Shown here: positions 46,688 through 56,630 of the stretch, in pieces
How the letters are laid out: the number at the start of each line of letters is the position of its first letter
How positions within the stretch are numbered: position 1 is the first letter of the stretch
Assembly (NCBI GenBank): GCA_964246985.1
Contig: CAXTSE010000016.1
Coordinates: forward strand, 602-64,601
Length of the DNA: 64,000 nt
Origin: an uncultured Microbacteriaceae bacterium
GTDB lineage: Bacteria; Actinomycetota; Actinomycetes; Actinomycetales; Microbacteriaceae
Direction: 5' to 3'
Notes under the pieces: generated by a model
What the model saw: the letters and a program-made list of their open reading frames with translations, nothing else
What the model was told of the DNA's origin: nothing
The model's database searches: none
Made by a program: the position numbers and the translations under genes

Positions 46688-46874
46688 TCCGCGTCGCGCC
46701 GCGACCACACGCCTGACGCGCTCTCCCTGGGTGTCGGCTGATCACGGTGCGTAACAAACCGACGCTGTCGGTGGGCGCGAATAGCCTGGTGGATGGACCG
46801 TCGCGCTCCCTGCGACGTGCTGAGAGCACCGCGGCGTCACGCCGTCGGAGCCGCTGACCGCGAGGAGCCGCGCC

Positions 46875-47687
46875 ATGATCGAATTCCGTTCCGTGTCGAA
46901 GCGGTTCCCGGATGGAACGCTGGCGGTCGACGACTTCGACCTCGTCATCCCTGCGCGGCAGGTGACGGTGCTCGTGGGGTCGTCGGGCTCGGGCAAGACG
47001 ACGGTGCTCCGCATGATCAACCGCATGGTCGATCCGTCGTCGGGCTCCATCGTCATCGACGACGAGGACGTCGCGACCGTCGAGCCCGTCCAGCTGCGTC
47101 GCCGCATCGGCTACGTCATGCAGAACTCGGGCCTGCTGCCGCACCGCAAGGTCGTCGACAACATCGCCACCGTCCCCCGGCTCACCGGCGTGCCGAAGGC
47201 GGCAGCGCACGAGCGCGCCCTCGAGCTCATGGATGTGGTGGGACTCGACCGCGCCTTCGCCCAGCGCTACCCCAACCAGCTGTCCGGCGGCCAGCAGCAG
47301 CGCGTCGGAGTCGCCCGCGGGCTGGCCGCCGACCCCAACATCCTCCTCATGGACGAGCCGTTCGGCGCCGTCGACCCCATCGTGCGATCCGAGCTGCAGA
47401 ACGAGGTGCTGCGGCTGCAGCGCGAGCTCGGCAAGACGATCGTCTTCGTCACCCACGACATCGACGAGGCCTTCCTGCTCGGCGACCAGGTCGTGATCCT
47501 GGCCACCGGGGGTCACATAGTGCAGGCCGGCACGCCCGAGCAGATCCTCGCCAACCCGGCCAGCGACTTCGTCGCGTCGTTCGTCGGCGCCGACCGCGGC
47601 AAGCGCGCGCTCAGTGAGAAGGTCGTCGACGGGCGCACCGTGCTCATCGACGGCGACGGCAACCCGGCCGGGGTGCTCACGCCGTGA
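46875..47687 (+). CDS. ABC transporter ATP-binding protein, osmoprotectant (OpuC/OsmV-like) type, no CBS domains
   Basis: Walker A GSSGSGKTT, signature LSGGQQQRV, Walker B ILLMDEPF. Confidence 0.9.
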   Translation: MIEFRSVSKRFPDGTLAVDDFDLVIPARQVTVLVGSSGSGKTTVLRMINRMVDPSSGSIVIDDEDVATVEPVQLRRRIGYVMQNSGLLPHRKVVDNIATVPRLTGVPKAAAHERALELMDVVGLDRAFAQRYPNQLSGGQQQRVGVARGLAADPNILLMDEPFGAVDPIVRSELQNEVLRLQRELGKTIVFVTHDIDEAFLLGDQVVILATGGHIVQAGTPEQILANPASDFVASFVGADRGKRALSEKVVDGRTVLIDGDGNPAGVLTP

Positions 47688-48409
47688 ACTGGCTCGTCAA
47701 CAATTACGAGACGATCCCGCCTCTGCTCCTCAACCATCTCCGGCTGAGCGCGCTGCCGATCGTCATCGGATTCGTGCTGTCGATCCCGCTCGGCTGGCTG
47801 GCGTGGCGGTTCAAGGTCACCCGCGGCATCCTGCTGACGCTCGCGAGCCTGATCTACACGATCCCGTCGCTGGCGCTCATCACGGCGCTGCCGCCGCTGT
47901 TCGGATTCCCGTTCCTCAGCGAGATCCCGGTCACCATCGCCCTCACGCTCTACGCGGTGGCGATCATGGCACGCTCCTCGGCCGACGCGTTCGGCTCGGT
48001 GGACGCGGGGGTGCGCCAGTCGGCGACCGCGGTCGGCTACTCCGGGTGGCAGCGCTTTTGGACCGTGGAGTTCCCGCTCGCGGGGCCCGTGCTGCTCGCG
48101 GGTCTGCGCGTCGTCGCGGTCAGCACGATCGCCCTCGTCACGGTCGGCGCCATCGTCGGGGTCAAGAGCCTCGGCATCCTCTTCACCGACGGATCGCAGC
48201 GTCAGATCCCCCTCGAGGTGCTGACCGGACTGGTGCTCACCATGGTGCTCGCGCTGGTGATCGACCGGCTGCTCGTGCTGCTCGGGCGGTGGCTGATGCC
48301 GTGGTCCCGCGGTGACAAGCGTCAGCGCATCGTCGTCGGCCCCGCGGCTGGAGTGCGCGCTGATGGCGGCCTGGGCGGCGTCGGACTCGCCGACGGAGGA
48401 GCCTCGTGA
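47684..48409 (+). CDS. ABC transporter permease (BPD_transp_1 type)
   Basis: 6 TM. EAA-like loop SATAVGYSGWQRFWTVEFPLAGP. GTGA overlap. Confidence 0.88.
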   Translation: MNWLVNNYETIPPLLLNHLRLSALPIVIGFVLSIPLGWLAWRFKVTRGILLTLASLIYTIPSLALITALPPLFGFPFLSEIPVTIALTLYAVAIMARSSADAFGSVDAGVRQSATAVGYSGWQRFWTVEFPLAGPVLLAGLRVVAVSTIALVTVGAIVGVKSLGILFTDGSQRQIPLEVLTGLVLTMVLALVIDRLLVLLGRWLMPWSRGDKRQRIVVGPAAGVRADGGLGGVGLADGGAS

Positions 48410-49146
48410 ACCTCTTCGGAGACACCCTCGCCTGGATCGGCGAGCACTGGGCGAACGGCGAGATCGCGCTGCGCATCGGCGAGCACATGTTCTACACCGT
48501 GATCTCGATGATCATCGCCTCCGCCATCGCCATCCCCATCGGCTACTACATCGGCCACACCGGCAGGGGCCGCGATGTCGCGGTCGCCATATCCGGCGCG
48601 GCGCGAGCCCTGCCGTCGTTCGGTCTCATCCTGCTGCTGATCTCGCTGGTCGGCGTCCTTCAGCGTCCGATCGCGGCGTTCGCCGCGTTCGTGATCCTCG
48701 CGATCCCGTCGATCCTCGCGGGGGCGTACGCCGGAATCCAGGCTGTCGACCGCACCACGATCGACGCGGCGCGCGCCGTCGGGATGACCGAGTGGCAGAT
48801 CCTGTGGAAGGTCGAGGCACCGCTCGGCCTGCATCTGCTGGTGAGCGGACTCCGAGCCGGCACCCTGCAGGTCGTCGCGACGGTGACGCTGGCGGCCTAC
48901 ATCAACCTCGGCGGTCTCGGCTACGACATCCTGCAGGGCATCCCCCTGCGCCGTGATGAGCAGGTGCTCGGAGCCGCGATCGTCGTGATCGCGCTCGCCC
49001 TGCTGCTCGACGCGCTCTTCGGCGCCGCGACCGCGGTCGTCGACCGTGTGATCCCCGACGGGACCCGCCCGCAGCGGCGTGCCCGCAAGCTCCGCAGCAC
49101 CCCAGTCCGGGGCGCCGCGGCGGTGGAAGTTCCCACCAGTTCATGA
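48406..49146 (+). CDS. ABC transporter permease (BPD_transp_1 type)
   Basis: AARAVGMTEWQILWKVEAPLG. GTGA overlap. Confidence 0.88.
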   Translation: MNLFGDTLAWIGEHWANGEIALRIGEHMFYTVISMIIASAIAIPIGYYIGHTGRGRDVAVAISGAARALPSFGLILLLISLVGVLQRPIAAFAAFVILAIPSILAGAYAGIQAVDRTTIDAARAVGMTEWQILWKVEAPLGLHLLVSGLRAGTLQVVATVTLAAYINLGGLGYDILQGIPLRRDEQVLGAAIVVIALALLLDALFGAATAVVDRVIPDGTRPQRRARKLRSTPVRGAAAVEVPTSS

Positions 49147-50072
49147 AAAGGACGAACAACATGTTCACAGCAAGGAACAAGGGCCGGCTTGCCGTCGCGG
49201 CAGTCGCGGTCGGGGTGTCATTGACCCTGGCAGGGTGCGGGTCGAGCGGTGGCACCGGCTCCGACGGAGGATCGGATGAGGGCGCGTCCGACACGATCGT
49301 CGTCGGATCGCAGGCCTACTACTCCAACGAGATCATCGCCGAGATCTACGCGCAGGCACTCGAGGGTGCAGGCTTGACGGTCGAGCGCAACTTCCAGATC
49401 GGGCAGCGCGACGCCTACCTCCCGGCACTCGAGTCCGGCGAGGTGCAGGTGTTCCCCGAGTACACCGGCAACCTCCTCCAGTACTACGTGCCCGACACCA
49501 CGGTCACGACCTCCGATGACGTCTACGCGGCCCTCGCCGACGCGCTGCCCGAGGGCCTCACGGTGCTCGATCAGTCCGCGGCCACCGACCAGGACTCGTA
49601 CAACGTGACCGAGGAGTTCGCCGAAGCGAACGACCTCGAGTCGATCGCCGACCTGGCGAACGTCACCGACCCGCTGATCCTCGGCGGCAACGCCGAGCTC
49701 GAGGAGCGCCCCTACGGCCCGGCCGGCCTGCAGAGCGTCTACGGGGTGACCGTCTCGTTCCAGGCGACCGGTGACACGACCGTCGACTCCCTCACGCAGG
49801 GCGTGGTCAACATCGCCAACGTCTACAGCGCCGACCCCCGCATCGAGTCGGCCGGTCTCGTGACGCTGTCCGACCCAGAGGGCCTGTTCCTGGCCTCCAA
49901 CGTCGTGCCGCTCGTGAGCAGCGACCTGTCCGACGAGGCCGTCGACGTGCTGAACGAGGTGAGCGCCAAGCTCACCGCCGAGGGCCTGGTCGCCCTCAAC
50001 GTCGAGAGCGTCGACGACGAGCGGTCGTCGGCCGACATCGCGTCGGGCTGGCTCGAGGACAACGGCTTCTAG
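49143..50072 (+). CDS. glycine betaine/choline-type substrate-binding lipoprotein
   Basis: Lipobox LTLAGCGSS. OpuAC-like fold motifs GSQAYYSNEIIAEIYAQAL, FPEYTGNLL. ATGA overlap. Confidence 0.85.
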   Translation: MKRTNNMFTARNKGRLAVAAVAVGVSLTLAGCGSSGGTGSDGGSDEGASDTIVVGSQAYYSNEIIAEIYAQALEGAGLTVERNFQIGQRDAYLPALESGEVQVFPEYTGNLLQYYVPDTTVTTSDDVYAALADALPEGLTVLDQSAATDQDSYNVTEEFAEANDLESIADLANVTDPLILGGNAELEERPYGPAGLQSVYGVTVSFQATGDTTVDSLTQGVVNIANVYSADPRIESAGLVTLSDPEGLFLASNVVPLVSSDLSDEAVDVLNEVSAKLTAEGLVALNVESVDDERSSADIASGWLEDNGF

Positions 50073-50088
50073 GAGCCGGATCGCACAC

Positions 50089-50129
50089 GGAGCGGGTCGA
50101 GCAGCGCGCAGCGCTACTCGACCCGCTCC
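50089..50129. terminator. bidirectional hairpin between convergent genes (overlaps the dedA stop)
   Basis: ggagcgggtcgag-(15 nt)-ctcgacccgctcc, 13-bp perfect stem. Confidence 0.55.
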
Positions 50130-50770
50130 TCCTCGTTCAGGTGCCGCTTCTGCGATCGTTCGATGAGCTTCTTCGCGCCCAGCACCAGCAGCCCGAACCC
50201 GACGACGGCGCCGACGAAGAAGTAGCCGGCGCCGTGCAGCTGGTCCGAGAGCTCCCGGTAGCCGCCGGCTGCGAAGGTTCCGAAGCTGACGTAGGCGCTC
50301 GCCCAGAGGATGCAGGCCGGCGTCGTCCAGGCGATGAAGCGGCGGTAGCTCATCGGGCTCATGCCGACGGTGAGCGGCACGAGCGAGTGCAGCACCGGCA
50401 GGAACCGCGAGATGAAGACGGCGGGGCCGCCGCGTCGCTCGACGTACCGTTCCGCCCGGTGCCAGTTCGCGATCCCGATGCGACGACCGAGCCAGGAGTC
50501 GCGGATGCGGTGCCCGAAGTAGCGGCCGAGGGCGAATCCGATGCTCTCGCCCGCGAGCGCACCCACGACGACCGCGAGGAGCAGGGCGACGAACTGCACC
50601 GGGCCGTCCACCGCCGTGCTCGACACGACGACGACCGTGTCGCCCGGGACGATCAGCCCGACGAGGATGCTCGTCTCGAGCAGGATCGCGAGCCCGGCGA
50701 GCAGCGTGCGCACGACCGGGTCGACCGACTGCACGAGGTCGAGGATCCAGGTGAGGCCGTCGTCGATCAT
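50114..50770 (-). CDS. DedA-family membrane protein
   Basis: ETSILVGLIVPGDTVVV...GESIGFALGRYFG...FISRFLPVLHSLVPLTVG. ATG 50770 inside ORF 50114..51472. Confidence 0.88.
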   Translation of the reverse strand: MIDDGLTWILDLVQSVDPVVRTLLAGLAILLETSILVGLIVPGDTVVVVSSTAVDGPVQFVALLLAVVVGALAGESIGFALGRYFGHRIRDSWLGRRIGIANWHRAERYVERRGGPAVFISRFLPVLHSLVPLTVGMSPMSYRRFIAWTTPACILWASAYVSFGTFAAGGYRELSDQLHGAGYFFVGAVVGFGLLVLGAKKLIERSQKRHLNEEERVE

Positions 50771-51579
50771 GCCGCTCGGACCTCCGGCAGCGGCCTCCGC
50801 AGCGCGTCGAGGCGTGCGCGCCAGGTGGTGAGCCGGCCGGGCAGCTCGGCCGTGCTCGGGCCGTCGACCCAGCCGATGACGATCCGGATGCCGTGCAGCG
50901 CGTTCAGCGCCCAGACCTCGAGCCCCTCGAGGTCGACGGGCGGCACCGACTCGTGGTGCACCTCGACCCCGAGCGCCGCCGCCAGCGCGAGGACCGAGCG
51001 CAGGGTGACCCCGTCGATCCGCTCGATGTCGGCGGATGGCACGCACAGCACGTCGCCGCGCCACCATGCCAGGCACGTCGTCGACCCCTCGGCGATCATG
51101 CCGTCGGCGGTGAGCAGCACGGCTTCGTCGGCGCCGCGTCCCTGAGCCTCGGTGCGGAGGCGCAGCATCGACTCGAGGTCGGGTCCCTTCACGCGCGGGG
51201 CGGTCCGCGGATCGCGACCGGCGTGGGTCGCGAGCGTGATCGTGCGCCGCAGCTCGGGCGCCTCGCGAAGGCGGAACAGCAGCTGCGGGCGCTCGAGCTG
51301 CATGCGAAGCTCCACCCGCGGGAACCAGGAACCCTCGCGCGGGATCGCGCCGACCGCCGCGTCCCAGAAGGCGTCCGGATCGAGCTCGCGGTGCCGAGCG
51401 CGGGGGATCGACGTCAGGAAGCGGCTGCGGTGGAGGTCGAGCCCGCGCACGCCGCCGTCGACCACGAGCCACGAGTCCGCGGCCTCGATCGTCGCGGGCA
51501 GCACGTCGCAGTCGTCGCGGGGTTCCAGCCGGCCGGGGGCGGGCTCGTCCCGCCAGAGGAACGTCGTCGCGGCGCTCAT
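50767..51579 (-). CDS. pabC: class IV aminotransferase-fold protein, probable aminodeoxychorismate lyase
   Basis: ADEAVLLTADGMIAEGSTTCLAWW...DGVTLRSVLALA pattern. ATGA overlap with dedA. Divergent neighbour of pabB. The symbol is an inference from context. Confidence 0.65.
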   Translation of the reverse strand: MSAATTFLWRDEPAPGRLEPRDDCDVLPATIEAADSWLVVDGGVRGLDLHRSRFLTSIPRARHRELDPDAFWDAAVGAIPREGSWFPRVELRMQLERPQLLFRLREAPELRRTITLATHAGRDPRTAPRVKGPDLESMLRLRTEAQGRGADEAVLLTADGMIAEGSTTCLAWWRGDVLCVPSADIERIDGVTLRSVLALAAALGVEVHHESVPPVDLEGLEVWALNALHGIRIVIGWVDGPSTAELPGRLTTWRARLDALRRPLPEVRAA

Positions 51580-51590
51580 AGGATCAGGGT

Positions 51591-53039
51591 ATGCCGGGAC
51601 GTCTCTTGCGCCATCCGCTCGGCGGCGGATTCACGGGAGCCGGGGTGTTCCGGGCGCTGCACGAGGGCACGGCGCCCGATGCGGATTCCGGAGTGTTCTG
51701 GCTCGACAGCGGGGCGGCCGGCACCAGCTACGTCGGGGCGGGGCCGCGGGTGCCGCTCGCGCATCCGGTGCTGCCGGCTCTGCGGGCCGAGCTGGCGGAG
51801 ATGGGCGAGATGACCGAGCCGGTCGCCTCTGCCGATGCGGCGCCGGCGGCTGTCGACGGCGCGCCCGAGTTCCGCCTCGGCCTGGTCGGCTGGCTGGGCT
51901 ACGAGCTGCGCGCGGAGACGATGGGCGTGCCCGTCACGCGCGCCTCGAGGTATCCGGATGCCGCGTTCCTGCGGATCGAGCGTGCGGTGGCCGTGCACTC
52001 CGACGGCTCGGCCGAGCTGCTGGCCCTCGGCGACGACTGGGCCGGCCCCCTCGGGGACTGGCGCGACGCGACCGTCTCGGCCCTCTCGTCCGCCGCTCGT
52101 GAGCGGGCAGAGGTGGTCGTGCCATCCGGGGGTGGATCGACCGTCAGTGCCGCCTCGGCGCCTGCTGCGAGCACGGTGCGGTGGCGCGACGCCCCGGGGG
52201 ACTATCTCGCGAGCATCGCGGCGTGCCAGGACGCGATCCGCGAGGGCGAGGCCTACCAGCTCTGCCTCACGACCGAGGCCGAGGTGACCCGCGACGACGG
52301 CAGCCCGTTCGACCCGCTCGCGGTGTACGAGCGCCTCCGCGAGGCGTCGCCCAGCCATCACGGAGCCCTGGTGCGCATCGGCGACGTCGCCCTGCTGAGC
52401 GCGTCGCCCGAGCGGTTCCTCGAGGTCGAGCCGGATGGCATGGTGCGCACGCATCCGATCAAGGGCACCCGGCCGCGCAGCCTCGATCCCGCGCTCGATG
52501 CCCGACTCAGCGACGACCTCCTCGGCAGCGACAAGGAACGCGCCGAGAACGTGATGATCGTCGACCTCATGCGCAACGACCTCGCGCGCGTGTGCGAGGT
52601 CGGCAGCGTGACGGTGCCCACCCTGCTCGGGCTCGAGAGCTACGCGCAGGTGCACCAGCTCGTCAGCACCGTGCAGGGCCGGCTGCGGTCGGGACTCACC
52701 GGCGTCGACGCGATCGCGGCCTGCCTGCCCGCCGGGTCGATGACCGGCGCGCCCAAGCAGCGCGCGACCGAGATCCTGGATGCGCTCGAGGCGCGGGCGC
52801 GTGGGCTCTACGCGGGCGCGTTCGGATATCTGGGCACCGACGGGCGCGTCGACCTGGCGATGACGATCCGCAGCATCGTGATCGACGGCGCGGGAGCCAC
52901 GGTGGGTGCCGGGGGAGGCATCACCGCGCTCTCCGAGCCCGCCGAGGAGGTGGCTGAGATGCAGCTCAAGGCGGCCGCCCTGCTGGCGGCGCTGGGCGTC
53001 GACTCGGCGTCGCCCGAGCGGGGTGAGTACGCTGTCTGA
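51591..53039 (+). CDS. pabB: aminodeoxychorismate synthase component I (chorismate-binding enzyme)
   Basis: C-terminal motifs PAGSMTGAPKQRATEIL and RGLYAGAFGYLG. No fused glutaminase domain. Confidence 0.8.
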   Translation: MPGRLLRHPLGGGFTGAGVFRALHEGTAPDADSGVFWLDSGAAGTSYVGAGPRVPLAHPVLPALRAELAEMGEMTEPVASADAAPAAVDGAPEFRLGLVGWLGYELRAETMGVPVTRASRYPDAAFLRIERAVAVHSDGSAELLALGDDWAGPLGDWRDATVSALSSAARERAEVVVPSGGGSTVSAASAPAASTVRWRDAPGDYLASIAACQDAIREGEAYQLCLTTEAEVTRDDGSPFDPLAVYERLREASPSHHGALVRIGDVALLSASPERFLEVEPDGMVRTHPIKGTRPRSLDPALDARLSDDLLGSDKERAENVMIVDLMRNDLARVCEVGSVTVPTLLGLESYAQVHQLVSTVQGRLRSGLTGVDAIAACLPAGSMTGAPKQRATEILDALEARARGLYAGAFGYLGTDGRVDLAMTIRSIVIDGAGATVGAGGGITALSEPAEEVAEMQLKAAALLAALGVDSASPERGEYAV

Positions 53040-53104
53040 CGGACTGCACGTGCGCTGGCTGAGCCGCGGCGGCATCCGGAACCCCTGAACGATTGAGATC
53101 CTCT

Positions 53105-55672
<2,568 letters not shown>

Positions 55673-55675
55673 GAC

Positions 55676-55855
55676 ATGGCTGCCCTGATCTGCCCCCGCG
55701 ACGGAGGACGGCTCCTGCCGATCACCGGCGCCCCCAGCAACCCCCGCCCCGGCAAGCCGTCCGGCGCGCCGATCACCACCGGCTACCGCTGCACGAAGGG
55801 CCACACACTGAGCATCGCGGAGGCCACGCCTTCGGCGGAGGCCGCCGAAGGGTAG
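55676..55855 (+). CDS. candidate small protein (59 aa), not in the supplied ORF track
   Basis: Hand-translated: MAALICPRDGGRLLPITGAPSNPRPGKPSGAPITTGYRCTKGHTLSIAEATPSAEAAEG, stop TAG 55853-55855. ATG is 3 nt after the leuS TAG. Nearly every codon ends in G/C. Confidence 0.5.
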   Translation: MAALICPRDGGRLLPITGAPSNPRPGKPSGAPITTGYRCTKGHTLSIAEATPSAEAAEG

Positions 55856-55943
55856 CTCCTCCCCAGCGGGCGCTGGGCGCGTGTCATCCCCGAACGGATG
55901 TCGGATGCGGGGGCCGCTCCTGGTGCATCCCTAGCGTTCCGGC

Positions 55944-56630
55944 ATGGACGCGTCCCCGGTTCCCGCCCCGCGTCGCGCCCGCGTGCGAGTGGGAGCCGGG
56001 GCCGCGTTCATCCTCGTGCTGCTCGGGCTCGGCGTCGCCGTGCTCGTCACGGCGGTGACGCCGCATGGTGCGACGACGGTGGTCGCTCCGGGGCCGGGCG
56101 AGGGCGGCGCTACCGGCGGCCCCGGCGACCCCGGCGACGGCGCAGTTCCAGATGCCGGGTCGACGGGCGGGGCTGACTCGGGCTTCGAGCACGGTGCGGC
56201 CTCGATCTACGTGCACATCCTCGGGCAGGTGGTGCGGCCGGGGCTGTACGAGCTGCGGGACGGCTCCCGCGCCGTCGACATCGTCGCGGCGGCGGGCGGC
56301 TTCACCGAGCAGGCGGATCCGGCCGGGCTCAACCTGGCGCGCTTTCTGAGCGACGGCGAGCAGATCGTCGTCCCGGCCGTCGGCGAGCCTGCCGCGCCCG
56401 GCGGCGGTCAGGGCGCGGGCACCGGAGTCTCAGCCGACGGCAGGGTGAATCTGAACACGGCGGACGCGGCTGCTCTCGACACCCTTCCGCGCATCGGTCC
56501 GGCGATGGCGGAGCGCATCATCGCCTGGCGGGAGGCCAACGGGCGGTTCACGGCTGTCGAGGACCTGCTGGATGTGGCGGGCATCGGCGACGCGACCCTC
56601 GCCGGCCTCCGCGATCTGGTGAGGGTGTGA
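55944..56630 (+). CDS. comEA: ComEA-family DNA-binding protein
   Basis: N-terminal TM, SLBB-like VHILGQVVRPGLYELRDGSRAVDIV, C-terminal HhH LNTADAAALDTLPRIGPAMAERIIAWR. Confidence 0.88.
   Translation: MDASPVPAPRRARVRVGAGAAFILVLLGLGVAVLVTAVTPHGATTVVAPGPGEGGATGGPGDPGDGAVPDAGSTGGADSGFEHGAASIYVHILGQVVRPGLYELRDGSRAVDIVAAAGGFTEQADPAGLNLARFLSDGEQIVVPAVGEPAAPGGGQGAGTGVSADGRVNLNTADAAALDTLPRIGPAMAERIIAWREANGRFTAVEDLLDVAGIGDATLAGLRDLVRV

Noticed and set aside
46688-46874. Possible c-di-AMP (ydaO-yuaA) riboswitch upstream of the osmoprotectant transporter
   Set aside because: - The context is right, because this class often controls Opu-type transporters.
- By eye I cannot find the hallmark conserved blocks (GGGGACCCA, GGGGUGAAUC, CAGCUAACCUCGUAAGCG-like). 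Only loose resemblance exists (GCUGACCGCGAGGAGC).
- It needs cmsearch with the Rfam ydaO-yuaA model before any claim.
33824-53039. Genomic island integrated at tRNA-Ala
   Set aside because: - The accessory-looking genes start right after the tRNA.
- However, I found no integrase or recombinase, no direct repeat of the tRNA 3' end downstream, no GC or codon-usage shift, and no mobility genes anywhere in the window.
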